Source: a virus
Virus record (IMG/VR): IMGVR_UViG_3300050821_006637
Span: 25,067-89,066 of that record
DNA length: 64,000 bases
Direction: 5' to 3' (one strand)
Positions 1 through 9,674 of this stretch are shown piece after piece. Position 1 is the stretch's first letter, and the number at the start of each line of letters is the position of its first letter. Both the position numbers and the translations under genes were made by a program. Under the pieces are notes generated by a model. It ran no database searches, was not told where the DNA came from, and worked only from the letters and a program-made list of their open reading frames with translations.

Positions 1-123
1 GAACGTGCTTTGACAAAGGAGATGTTGAACAAGGGAGAATTGTGCAAGTTGTGTGAAGGACACGGAGGTTCACTACTCTATCCCTGTCCAACCTGTCACA
101 ATAGTGGAGGATTGTTAGAATGA
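1..123 (+). CDS. Partial CDS (3' end) with DnaJ-like zinc-finger motifs
   Basis: Frame 1 reads ERALTKEMLNKGELCKLCEGHGGSLLYPCPTCHNSGGLLE*; CxxCxGxG and CxxCxxxG; stop overlaps next ATG (ATGA). Confidence 0.6.
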   Translation, partial: ERALTKEMLNKGELCKLCEGHGGSLLYPCPTCHNSGGLLE

Positions 124-323
124 CTTCCATTCCCTCGCCTCTATTTTGGATGTGGCAAATCCCAGACTTCCTGCGTGAAATAGATAGAGTGAAAGAAGCA
201 CTCCAAACAGATGAAATCAAAGATTTCCGTCTCTGGCTGGCAGAAAGATGGGGAGTGAATTTAAATAGAGAAGAGATGAAGGACGGAATAAGAATAAAAT
301 CATGCACGAAGCGCATCAGTTAA
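120..323 (+). CDS. Hypothetical protein
   Basis: 67-aa ORF overlapping both neighbours in an operon. Confidence 0.5.
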   Translation: MTSIPSPLFWMWQIPDFLREIDRVKEALQTDEIKDFRLWLAERWGVNLNREEMKDGIRIKSCTKRIS

Positions 324-1042
324 CTTTTCCAAGAACCAGTAATCCCTTGGTTTCTGTCCTCCTTCCCACTAGAGGACGAAGTGAATGGTTATTGAAGTCC
401 GTAGATAGTTTGCATAGTCAAGCCGTCCACAAGGATAAGATAGAATATCTCTTTCGTGCCGACCCAGATGACTTGGAAACGATTTCTACTTGTTCTAGGT
501 TAGTCAATACTCTCCCCAATGCGGTTCTTAATGTAGAGCCACGGGGAAGAGGTTATTTGGATATGCACTTTTGGATTTCCAAACTCGCTAGCATGGCTCG
601 CGGAGATTGGCTACTAATTTGGAATGATGATGCGATGATGAAGACACCCCATTGGGATGACCTGTTGCTCAATGGCTCTGTTCAATGTTGGCACAAGTGC
701 CCAGATGTTTATATGTATGTCTTACCGAGTAGAGGGCGTCCTGGTTGTTATGAGTTCATGTTTCTTCGTCGTTCGGTGACACAGATACTCGGGCACTGGT
801 CTCTTTCTCCACATAATGACAATTGGATAATGCGGGTGATGTTAGGAGTGAATTCTGTCTGTGGTATACCGATAGAAGTAGACCATTTAAGTGATAGGAT
901 GACAGATAAGATTAGGGAGGAGACTGTCGCTGCCTATGGAGATGGACAATTGGCGAGGGAAACTTTGGAATCTCCGTGGGCGCAGAAGGCTATAGAAGAA
1001 GATATTAGGAAGTTAGCAGAGCACATTCAAAAAAATGTCTAA
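302..1042 (+). CDS. Glycosyltransferase family 2 (GT-A fold)
   Basis: PLVSVLLPTRGR N-terminus, ADPDD, ARGDWLLIWNDD (DxD-like motif). Confidence 0.85.
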   Translation: MHEAHQLTFPRTSNPLVSVLLPTRGRSEWLLKSVDSLHSQAVHKDKIEYLFRADPDDLETISTCSRLVNTLPNAVLNVEPRGRGYLDMHFWISKLASMARGDWLLIWNDDAMMKTPHWDDLLLNGSVQCWHKCPDVYMYVLPSRGRPGCYEFMFLRRSVTQILGHWSLSPHNDNWIMRVMLGVNSVCGIPIEVDHLSDRMTDKIREETVAAYGDGQLARETLESPWAQKAIEEDIRKLAEHIQKNV

Positions 1043-2834
1043 GCTCAAATTAGCTCTGGCACAATTTGGAAACTCCTACGGAGGACAGCAGGCGTTGCCC
1101 TTGAGCGTAGGGTGTCTGTGGTCTTACGCCAAGAAGGAAGGTTTGAGCACGGAATATGAAAATCCTGTCTTCCTATACAAAAAGGAAGCAGTTTCCAAGG
1201 TAGTGGCTAGAATACCTGAGGATGTAGATATAGTAGCCTTTTCGGCTTATATTTGGAACTGGAGGTTTTCAAGGGCTGTAGCGGAGGCGATTCTTGAAAA
1301 GTCACCCAAAGCGGCTATCGTCTATGGCGGCGTTCATGTACCAGACTCACCGACAGAGGAGTGGTGGCAACAACATATAGAATGTGACTATGTGCTGCGA
1401 GGAGAGGGGGAACTCTCCTTTGCTTCTTTTCTACAACAATTCGCAGCAAAGGATTCACAGAGAGACTGGAGCAAGGTGCCAGGGCTGTCCATACGGGGAT
1501 TAAATACAGAGAGGAAACAACCACCAGTAAATGATTTAACTAGTCCCTATTTGGACGGAACGTTTGACAGTCTTCTTCCCTTGGAAGAGAAATGGACAGG
1601 CTTGCAAGAATCCGATCGTGGATGTCCCTACTTTTGTTCTTTCTGTATGTGGGGCGATTCTGCTCTCAACAAAATACGCCAGTTTCCTATGAATAGAGTA
1701 ACGGAAGAGATAACTTGGTTCGGCAAGAATCGTGTGGAATTTGTTGAGGGAGCGAATGCTAACTTTGGAATCTTACCCAGGGATGTACAGATAGCCGAGC
1801 ACCTGGCTAAGACGAAAGAGAAGTACGGATTCCCACAGAAATACAGAGCCGCCTTCGCCAAGTATTCCAATAAGAGAATAATGGACCAAGTCTTTTCTGT
1901 CGCCTCTATTCTCAATAAGAGCGGACAACTCAAAGCCGTCACCCTCGCTCTGCAAAGTACAGATGATGGAGTATTGGAATCTATTGATAGAAAAAACATC
2001 TCAATGTCTGGTTTCCAAGAGTTGCAGGAAAGATATAAGAAAGATGGAATCCCCACTTATATAGAATTAATCATGGGTCTGCCTGGGGAAACTTACTCCT
2101 CCTTCAAGGCAGGTATAGATAAAATCCTCAATGCAGGAGGACATGAAGGACTCTCTATCTACCAGTGTGTGATTCTTCCTAATTCTGAGATGGACAACCC
2201 AGAATATATTAAGAAGCACGGGCTCCAATCTGTCCCTATGCGGGCGATGCTCCTCCACGGAACTCCAAATAAAGAGTGTCCAGATGAGGTGCAGGAGACT
2301 GTCATCGCCACGAATTCTATGCCACACGAGGATTGGAAGAAGACGTGGTTTCTGTCCTGGGCTTTACAGACCTTTCACTCTACTCACTTAACCCAGTGGT
2401 GGGCAAAGGAGCAGAGTGCCCTTGGCACGCCCTATTCGTGCTTCTACGAGCGTTTGATAAGGACAGCCGAGCAGTGGCCCGAGTCGGTGCTCGGGCGTGT
2501 CTATGCCCATACCAGTGCGTTGCTTGAGGCGGCGATTCAAGGAGGTAGTTGGGACAACGTCCTTCCTGGATTTGGGGACATAAGTTGGCCTCCGGACGAG
2601 GGAGCCTTCCTTATGATTGCCAAAGAACTCCATCTATTCTACAGCCAGATGAAACTTCTAAAAGATATGCCTGTCCAGCAGTGGGAATATGGACCTCCCG
2701 AGATTCCCCAAGGGAAGGAAGAGGCATATGGAAAGGTATTCTGGTACTCACGTAAAGGTGACTTGATTGGAAGTTTGAGAAAGTTCATTGAGGAATGTAA
2801 AGAGGAAAGTAAGAGGAGACTCTGTGATGACTAA
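1035..2834 (+). CDS. B12-binding radical SAM protein
   Basis: B12-binding motifs FSAYIWN, YGGVH, RGEGE; RGCPYFCSFC (CxxxCxxC); IMGLPGET. Confidence 0.9.
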   Translation: MSKLKLALAQFGNSYGGQQALPLSVGCLWSYAKKEGLSTEYENPVFLYKKEAVSKVVARIPEDVDIVAFSAYIWNWRFSRAVAEAILEKSPKAAIVYGGVHVPDSPTEEWWQQHIECDYVLRGEGELSFASFLQQFAAKDSQRDWSKVPGLSIRGLNTERKQPPVNDLTSPYLDGTFDSLLPLEEKWTGLQESDRGCPYFCSFCMWGDSALNKIRQFPMNRVTEEITWFGKNRVEFVEGANANFGILPRDVQIAEHLAKTKEKYGFPQKYRAAFAKYSNKRIMDQVFSVASILNKSGQLKAVTLALQSTDDGVLESIDRKNISMSGFQELQERYKKDGIPTYIELIMGLPGETYSSFKAGIDKILNAGGHEGLSIYQCVILPNSEMDNPEYIKKHGLQSVPMRAMLLHGTPNKECPDEVQETVIATNSMPHEDWKKTWFLSWALQTFHSTHLTQWWAKEQSALGTPYSCFYERLIRTAEQWPESVLGRVYAHTSALLEAAIQGGSWDNVLPGFGDISWPPDEGAFLMIAKELHLFYSQMKLLKDMPVQQWEYGPPEIPQGKEEAYGKVFWYSRKGDLIGSLRKFIEECKEESKRRLCDD

Positions 2835-4548
2835 ACCGATTATCGGGTTCCTTGGCGTCGGCAAATTAGGTTTGCCTCTGGCTGTCTCTATCGCTATGAA
2901 GGGACACAAGGTTCTGGCTTATGATGTGAATCCAGGCTTGATGAAGAAGCAAATCTGGCCTCATAGAGAGACTGGACCCGACGGAACTGGAGACTTCCAA
3001 CCTTACTTGGATTCTGCAGATATTACTTTCTGTCCGTTAAAAGAGGTCGTGCAGGGAAGTGACATTATTTTCTTGTGTGTGCAGACGCCACACGGAGCGG
3101 AATATGAAGGCATTACGAGGTTGCCGTTTTCTAGGGCAGACTTTGACTATAAGTATCTAAGAGAAGTCGCCCAGCAGGTATCTGAGTATGTTACGCCTCA
3201 ACAAGCTGTATCTGTCATCTCTACGGTACTTCCAGGTACGATGAGGAGAGAAGTTCTTCCCTTTTTGCCAGAGGCAGTCTATAATCCTGCTTTCCCTGCT
3301 ATGGGGACTGTGATGAGGGATTTTTTAGAGCCGGAGTTCATCCTCTTGGGTGGGACACCTGGTCCGTCTGTCACAAAGCTCAAGGACTTCTATTTCCATC
3401 TACTCAATAGGTTCTGTACTGTGATAAGTATTGAAAGTGCAGAATTGTCCAAGTGTGCGTACAATACTTTCGTATCTATGAAAGTGACAGTCACCAATAT
3501 GCTGGCAGAGGTAGCCCATAAGATACCTGGGTGCAATATAGATGAAGTGAGTAGGGTTCTCACGTCTGCGACGAGGAGGGTTTGTTCTCCTGCTTATATG
3601 CAAGGAGGGATGGGAGACGGCGGAGCGTGTCTAGCAAAAGGAACCCTTGTTCGGGTACGAGACGGATGGAAAGTAATAGAACAGATACAGCCTGGGGAGT
3701 GGGTTCTGGGTCTAAATGAGAAGACAAATGAGCCAGCTTGGAATTGTGTGGAAAAGGCTATCTGTAAGGGTAAACAGCAAGTCCTTCGTGTCAAGTTTGA
3801 CGACACGGAAGTGAAAGCCACACCAGACCATAAGTTCTTTGTCTCTCTGGGTGCTGCTCCCCATAATTGGATGAAATTGGAGGATACAATCACCAGGAAG
3901 AATGTCGGTGGGCAATATGTAGAAGGACACCGATTTTTGGGGATTAGATTGCTGGATGAACGTCCGTTTCTAATTGAATCTTGCTCTATGAAAAATGACG
4001 TGACAGCGGAGGTGTGGGATTTGTATAATGCATGTCCCCATCATAACTTCTATGCCAATGGTATCTTAGTTTCAAATTGTCATCCCAGAGACAATATCGC
4101 TATGTCCTGGCTCGCAGAAAAGTTGAAACTTTCTTCTAATCTTTTTGACAAAGTGATGGAAGCCAGAGAATGGCAGACGGAGTGGTTGGCAGACCTTTTC
4201 TGTACACACGGAAAAGATATGCCGAAGTATCTCCTCGGCAAAGCCTACAAAGCCGATAGTGCTATCGTTGCTGGTTCTGCATCTGTCCTCCTTGCCAACA
4301 TCCTCTACGAAAGACAAATAGACTTCGCACATTGGGACCCCTATATTGACATAGATGACGAGGATGAGGTAGGGGAGTTCCCAGTTAAGAATCCCTTTGC
4401 AGAAGAGAAAGCGTGCTTCTTCATCGGCACACAGCATTCTATCTTTCGAGAATATAAGTATGCTCCAGGTTCTGTGATTTTAGACCCATTTAGATATATC
4501 CCAGAACAACCAGGAGTAAAGATAATACCAATAGGAGTAGGGAGATGA
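2827..4548 (+). CDS. ugd: UDP-glucose/GDP-mannose dehydrogenase family protein, intein-containing
   Basis: GVGKLG Rossmann motif, STVLPG, AELSKCAYN, GxGGx-[intein]-CHPRD, LGKAYK; start placed at ATG 2827. Confidence 0.88.
   Translation: MTKPIIGFLGVGKLGLPLAVSIAMKGHKVLAYDVNPGLMKKQIWPHRETGPDGTGDFQPYLDSADITFCPLKEVVQGSDIIFLCVQTPHGAEYEGITRLPFSRADFDYKYLREVAQQVSEYVTPQQAVSVISTVLPGTMRREVLPFLPEAVYNPAFPAMGTVMRDFLEPEFILLGGTPGPSVTKLKDFYFHLLNRFCTVISIESAELSKCAYNTFVSMKVTVTNMLAEVAHKIPGCNIDEVSRVLTSATRRVCSPAYMQGGMGDGGACLAKGTLVRVRDGWKVIEQIQPGEWVLGLNEKTNEPAWNCVEKAICKGKQQVLRVKFDDTEVKATPDHKFFVSLGAAPHNWMKLEDTITRKNVGGQYVEGHRFLGIRLLDERPFLIESCSMKNDVTAEVWDLYNACPHHNFYANGILVSNCHPRDNIAMSWLAEKLKLSSNLFDKVMEAREWQTEWLADLFCTHGKDMPKYLLGKAYKADSAIVAGSASVLLANILYERQIDFAHWDPYIDIDDEDEVGEFPVKNPFAEEKACFFIGTQHSIFREYKYAPGSVILDPFRYIPEQPGVKIIPIGVGR
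3628..4077 (+). mobile_element. Mini-intein (150 aa, no endonuclease)
   Basis: Starts CLAKGTLV; block B ATPDHKF; block F VWDL...HNFYANG; ends ILVSN followed by +1 Cys; removal restores GDGGA-CHPRD. Confidence 0.92.
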
Positions 4549-4820
4549 GCGCCGAATCCACTAGCCCTGATTGCGGTGAATCCTTTCTACACGTCCATCA
4601 TTGTGAAGGTTGTGGGAAGTGGCGGTGTGAACGTTGCCAAGAGAAACATAATAGCCATTCCTCTTGTTCCATAATCTCGGCAGCCGAGAAACTGCAGAAA
4701 GCCGCTCGTGCCGTTTGTATGGAGGCACATATGTCCATAGAAAGAATTCCAAATTCCCTTCACCGAACGATATACGAATTAGGCATCGCCCACGATGCCT
4801 TTTTAGATGCGCGAGGTTAA
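4545..4820 (+). CDS. Hypothetical Cys/His-rich protein
   Basis: CEGC and CERC motifs; ATGA overlap with ugd. Confidence 0.5.
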   Translation: MSAESTSPDCGESFLHVHHCEGCGKWRCERCQEKHNSHSSCSIISAAEKLQKAARAVCMEAHMSIERIPNSLHRTIYELGIAHDAFLDARG

Positions 4821-5001
4821 GATGACCTTCCTACCAGCAGATTTCAATCTTCCAAAATGCGTCACGTGCGGAAAAACGCAACTCTGCGATTTCTGTCTTC
4901 GCTATAAGATTGATAATCGGTTATCATTTTCAAAAGATGCGAAGTGGGAACCGATGAAAGGACATTGCTTGGATGGAGTATCTGTTAAAAAGGTAAGATA
5001 G
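4807..5001 (+). CDS. Hypothetical small zinc-finger protein
   Basis: CVTC...CDFC. Confidence 0.4.
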   Translation: MREVKMTFLPADFNLPKCVTCGKTQLCDFCLRYKIDNRLSFSKDAKWEPMKGHCLDGVSVKKVR

Positions 5002-5053
5002 CCGCTATACTTAGAGTGAGGGAGACCATCTACAGATTCTGTGGGATTCTGCT

Positions 5054-7867
5054 ATGCCTGTTGTCACAGACGTAAGAGACCATTTGAGATTGCCACCGAG
5101 GGTCTCTCCTTCTCTCTTCAAGCCGAAGTTTAAGAAATCCCTTCCTCCAGCCCTTCGATTTACAAAAAGATACTTCAAACCAGTCTATTGGTGGAAGTCT
5201 TTTGACTATAAACGAAAAGCAGCGGATGGCTCTGACGCTAGTGCAGAATCTCTTTCTCCGGAAACTCCGGAACCGATTGAACCGCCGAAAGAGGCACCGA
5301 AAGAGGAGAAGAAACCGAAAGGGTATTCTAAGGCTGAGTTAGCTGACCCCGCTTTGTTGGAAGCGAGGAAACAAGCTAAACGAGAGGCACAGAAGGCAAG
5401 ACAAGAGGCTAAGAAGACCGGAACGTATGTTCCTAAAAAAACTGGTGCTCGTCAAGGTATGACTCCGGAGCAAAAGGCGGAAAGAGAACGGGAAAGAAGA
5501 AGGGCACAGAAAGAAGGAACGGAGTTAACTACTTCCACTGGGGAATCCACCGAGCAACACGCCGAACGTCTTGCCAATACGAATGAGGAATTAAAATTAC
5601 AAGCACGGAAAGTCACCCAGAATCGAAGAGGGTGGGAAACACCGGAGGATTTTAAGGAGCGAGTAGATACAATTGTAGATAGAAGAATGGCTTCCCTGAA
5701 GAGACCAAAGAAACGAGCTATAGTCGAAAAGCAAATTCTAAATGAGATTATCCAATCAGGGGAAAAGAATAGAGGTTATACGGAAGAGCAGTTAGATGAG
5801 GAACTCGGTAAGCGGGTAGATAAAGAAGCTGAAAAGAAGTATGGGAAGCCGCCCTCTGAGATAATGGCTTTGGCTGAGAAGGATGATTATCTGGCTCTTG
5901 AACTAGCTGAACTGATAGACAGAGTCCGTTCCCAAATCAAACGAGAGTGGTCCTATAAAAAGAAACCTACTCTCGCTCCCAAAGGTACAGACAAAGCCAG
6001 AGCGTGGCAAGGACTTGAGCCAGCAGAAAGAGTGGAAGGGGAAGTGAGCCCCCATCCTGAAGAGATGCCTGTCGCTTCTACAGACCAACCCAATAGATTC
6101 GTTCCTTCTACGGAATTATCAAAAGAGGGAGAAGGGACTAAGAAACCTAGCAGGATGCCCCCCTTTATTCCGCCTCCTCTAAAAGGGAAACCAGGCTCAA
6201 AGCCCCGTCGTGGAGAAACACAGCCTCAATTAGACCCATCCGTAAATCCACAGATTCCCCTTGAGGATTTACCTGGAACGACTCCTATTCCTACAGATTT
6301 TGGACGTGGGTCAACAGAGCACGGCACTCCGTTCATTCCCCAACCGGAAAGAGGGAAGCCTGGTTCGAAACCTCGGCACGGAGAAACAATCTCTCATGTC
6401 CCGCAGATTCCTCTTCACGATATTCCTGGAACGGCACGTCCCAATCCACAGGCTGCTTCTGTGGGTTATGGACAAGAGCGGACGCCTTCCAATCAAGGAG
6501 GCAATGTCGCCACCTCTATTCCACCAGAATCTGAAGACCCTCTGGCTATGGAGAAGATGCCCGAATACAGAGCCAATAAAAGAAAGTTAGAATCGGCATT
6601 CCAAGGTGGTGGGGAGTCTGGTTGGGGTTTCTCCGTTCCTTTCACAGAAAGAACAGCCTTCCCCCAGAGAATTAGACCAAAAGAAGGCGGAGGAATGGAA
6701 CGAGTCCCCTTGAACGAATTTCCCAATGTTCAAGCACAGACACCAGAGAATCTAGAGGCCATAAAAGAAAGATATAGAACAGAATACCCTCCCCACCCTG
6801 TCGATCCTATATCTGGGAAGCCAATAACTCCTTTGAAACCACCTGAAATTAGAAGGAAACGCACTGCTTCCAGAGAGACAGAATACATTCCATTCAATGC
6901 TTCACCCAAAGATTTACCATTGGAAGTCCGTGAAGCATTAGGAGTGGATTGGAATAAGCCTCTTGGACGACAAAGTAAAGAAGCCAAAGACAATGAAGAT
7001 ACCTTTCTTTCTTTACTTAGTACAGAAGGAATGCCACAGGGATTGGTGGAAGGACCACCAGAGTCCAATGGTGATGTTACAGAAGGTGTTCAATATGCAA
7101 TAAATAAGAAGTGGGGGAAACAAGTTTCCTTCTCTTATGTTATCCATAAGACGAAAGTAGAACCAGGAGAACCCCAACCTCCAGAGACGATGTCTGCAAG
7201 AGAGTTGAGAGAGACACTTCTGGGTATGAATCCAGAATATCCGATTGAGATGCTCCCAGATATTATTTCAGTTAAGAGGAGGAATGTCTTCGTTGCTACA
7301 GGTGGAATGGGTAAGAAGAAACGGGGGAAGCCTACGGAAGCCCTTGTGATGAAGATGCCTGCCGGTAGCCGCGAAAGATATATGGATGGTGTTGCTTCTG
7401 AATTGGGACTTAATGTAGAAAGAGAAGACATTCGTCAGAAGATACAAGCCCAATTGGCGAATGAAGACCCGATGCTTTTCCAGTATCTGCTACGGAAAAT
7501 GGGAGCCAGTGCAGAGGAAGCAGCGAAAGCGACAGCACAATACATAGGTGAGGCAGAAACCAATAAACTCTTCCGTGCCTACAGACAACGGACAGGGGAT
7601 ACGTCAAGATGGTTTAGCTCCCGTCGTGGAGCTGGGGAAGAGAACGCAGCTAAGAAACGACGAATGGCTGCTGCTCAACAAGCACATGAAACAGGTGAAG
7701 AGAATGCAGAACGTCTGCGACGTATGCAAGCTGGACAAGTTGGTGGAATGGAACGCAGACGAGACCAGGCAGAGATAGATAGACGCAAGGAAGCTGAAAG
7801 GATTTATCAGCAGAAGGAAGCCCAGGAAAGATTGAAACGTGAACAAGGGTTAAGTGGGGGTCTTTAA
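5054..7867 (+). CDS. Large charged/Pro-rich hypothetical protein, possibly an internal virion protein
   Basis: 937-aa ORF; internal repeat PFIPxPxxGKPGSKPRxGET...PQIPLxDxPGT twice; KKSL/WKSF/RKAA near N-terminus. Confidence 0.75.
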   Translation: MPVVTDVRDHLRLPPRVSPSLFKPKFKKSLPPALRFTKRYFKPVYWWKSFDYKRKAADGSDASAESLSPETPEPIEPPKEAPKEEKKPKGYSKAELADPALLEARKQAKREAQKARQEAKKTGTYVPKKTGARQGMTPEQKAERERERRRAQKEGTELTTSTGESTEQHAERLANTNEELKLQARKVTQNRRGWETPEDFKERVDTIVDRRMASLKRPKKRAIVEKQILNEIIQSGEKNRGYTEEQLDEELGKRVDKEAEKKYGKPPSEIMALAEKDDYLALELAELIDRVRSQIKREWSYKKKPTLAPKGTDKARAWQGLEPAERVEGEVSPHPEEMPVASTDQPNRFVPSTELSKEGEGTKKPSRMPPFIPPPLKGKPGSKPRRGETQPQLDPSVNPQIPLEDLPGTTPIPTDFGRGSTEHGTPFIPQPERGKPGSKPRHGETISHVPQIPLHDIPGTARPNPQAASVGYGQERTPSNQGGNVATSIPPESEDPLAMEKMPEYRANKRKLESAFQGGGESGWGFSVPFTERTAFPQRIRPKEGGGMERVPLNEFPNVQAQTPENLEAIKERYRTEYPPHPVDPISGKPITPLKPPEIRRKRTASRETEYIPFNASPKDLPLEVREALGVDWNKPLGRQSKEAKDNEDTFLSLLSTEGMPQGLVEGPPESNGDVTEGVQYAINKKWGKQVSFSYVIHKTKVEPGEPQPPETMSARELRETLLGMNPEYPIEMLPDIISVKRRNVFVATGGMGKKKRGKPTEALVMKMPAGSRERYMDGVASELGLNVEREDIRQKIQAQLANEDPMLFQYLLRKMGASAEEAAKATAQYIGEAETNKLFRAYRQRTGDTSRWFSSRRGAGEENAAKKRRMAAAQQAHETGEENAERLRRMQAGQVGGMERRRDQAEIDRRKEAERIYQQKEAQERLKREQGLSGGL

Positions 7868-7889
7868 GAAGTTTTAGGAGACGCACATC

Positions 7890-8114
7890 ATGGATTCTGT
7901 TCCAGACTCGTGCTTCTGCACGAATCCTATCCAATTCATCGCTAGTCCTACCGAATCTGCTCTACGACAGCAGGTTTACGATGAGACGAAGCAATCCGTC
8001 ATCCAATTCATCACAAAAGTAGCCGCCTGTTGGACGGATGATGTCATCGTGTCCAATGTATTGGATTCCTTGATTTGGGAACTTAATAATGAAGTAGAAG
8101 GAGATGAGAAATGA
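7890..8114 (+). CDS. Hypothetical protein
   Basis: AGGAG RBS upstream; coupled to next gene. Confidence 0.55.
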   Translation: MDSVPDSCFCTNPIQFIASPTESALRQQVYDETKQSVIQFITKVAACWTDDVIVSNVLDSLIWELNNEVEGDEK

Positions 8115-8431
8115 AACGAATGATTTTGACTGTTGTCTTCAAGCACGCTTCTCAACCATTACAGATAATGTTGCCAGATGGAGAGGCACAGAGTCTCGTC
8201 CGTGCTTTCACGTCTGGTGCGAAGGCAGGTTATGCTCATGGCTATGTGAAAGAGGAGGACTTCACTTATTCTTTTGATTGGAGTGAAGTCGCTGCTCTTT
8301 ATTTGAATAATTTGGAACTTTTGCAGAAGGCACACGCAGAAGCACAGAAGCAACAGATGGCGGGAAAGCCGAGTCTTCCCCCTGGAAAGGGTTTTGGACC
8401 AGATTACTTTGGACAGAGTGGGAGGAATTAG
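8111..8431 (+). CDS. Hypothetical protein
   Basis: ATGA overlap with GAAGGAG RBS. Confidence 0.6.
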   Translation: MKRMILTVVFKHASQPLQIMLPDGEAQSLVRAFTSGAKAGYAHGYVKEEDFTYSFDWSEVAALYLNNLELLQKAHAEAQKQQMAGKPSLPPGKGFGPDYFGQSGRN

Positions 8432-8433
8432 AG

Positions 8434-8856
8434 ATGAGTGATTTCAAACCAGGTGACGTAGTTAGATTGAAGAGTGGTGGCCCGAAGATGACTTTGGGGA
8501 ACTTTGTCGAGATGGGTGGCAACCCTAGAACAGCCTATTGTTCTTGGTTTGATGGTGGAAAGATGGATACTGCTGCGATATTTCTCCATTGTTTGGAAAA
8601 GGTAGAGGAAGAAAGGAGTTGTGAGCCTAGAGTAGAATATCGTGCTCTTCCCTATGGTGGCAAGTTGTTGGAAGGAGCCAAAGGAACACACGTAAGCGAT
8701 GTGATTGCCTATACTCTGCAGGAAGGTTATGATGGTTTCGTTTTCAATGATGTCATCGTCCGTGTGTGGAAAGATTGTACTATCGGAGAATTGATGGAAG
8801 AATATAATCGACTCCACAAATTGAAGTACGAACAGATGTATGGAAAAGGAAAGTAG
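8434..8856 (+). CDS. DUF2158/YodC-like domain protein with C-terminal extension
   Basis: FKPGDVVRLKSGGPKMT...CSWFDG signature. Confidence 0.8.
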   Translation: MSDFKPGDVVRLKSGGPKMTLGNFVEMGGNPRTAYCSWFDGGKMDTAAIFLHCLEKVEEERSCEPRVEYRALPYGGKLLEGAKGTHVSDVIAYTLQEGYDGFVFNDVIVRVWKDCTIGELMEEYNRLHKLKYEQMYGKGK

Positions 8857-8874
8857 AAAGAATAGGAGACGAAG

Positions 8875-9648
8875 ATGAAACAGATAGACGTAGGCACGTT
8901 TGAAACGACCCTCCACGGACTCCCCTTCCTCTGTAGTGACGATGCTGCTGTAGGCAGGGTAATCAAAAAGAATGAATATGAATTGAGTGAAATCTACACC
9001 ATCACTCAAGCTATCAAGCCTGGAGATGTTTTCGTTGATGCTGGAGCAAACGTCGGCATCTTTACAACCCTCGCTGCCAAACTCGTTGGCTCTACTGGCA
9101 GAGTGTTCTCTTTTGAACCAGACCCCTTCAATCAAAAGATTCTTCGTACCAACGTAGAAAAGAATGGTTTTGGGGATAGAGTGCATATTCATAACGCCGC
9201 TGCTGGTGCGAAACAAGGATGGAAGTTCCTCTATCAAAGCATCAACAATACTGGTGACCACAGAACCTGGAACGACGGGAAAGAGGAACGACCGACGGCT
9301 TCTGTAGAAGTACAATCCATTGATGATGTTTTGAAGGATTGGCAGAGGATTGATGTTCTCAAGGTTGATGTCCAAGGGGATGAGATGAATGTGCTTCGGG
9401 GAGCAGAGCAAGTGATTGACCGCTCCCTCGGTATGTTTTTATCCATAGAATATTGGCCTTACGGATTAACACAGAATGGAAGTTCCCCAGTTGAGTTTGC
9501 CGACTGGCTGTTCTCTCGCTTCGTCTGTTATGTGATGTATCCACAGCAAGCTGGGATGATGCAATCTTGCACGAAGGAAGCCTTGTTGAATGTTTTTGGA
9601 CATAACGATGACCAAGTATTGAATCTTTGGTGTGTTAGAAGGCGATAA
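8875..9648 (+). CDS. FkbM-family SAM methyltransferase
   Basis: FVDAGANVG, VFSFEP, KVDVQGDEMNVLRGA. Confidence 0.9.
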   Translation: MKQIDVGTFETTLHGLPFLCSDDAAVGRVIKKNEYELSEIYTITQAIKPGDVFVDAGANVGIFTTLAAKLVGSTGRVFSFEPDPFNQKILRTNVEKNGFGDRVHIHNAAAGAKQGWKFLYQSINNTGDHRTWNDGKEERPTASVEVQSIDDVLKDWQRIDVLKVDVQGDEMNVLRGAEQVIDRSLGMFLSIEYWPYGLTQNGSSPVEFADWLFSRFVCYVMYPQQAGMMQSCTKEALLNVFGHNDDQVLNLWCVRRR

Positions 9649-9674
9649 TAAAGTAGGAAAGAGGAGACGCTAAG

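Noticed and set aside
8428-9411. 327-aa minus-strand ORF
   Set aside because: Antisense shadow of the well-supported DUF2158 and FkbM genes; no motifs.
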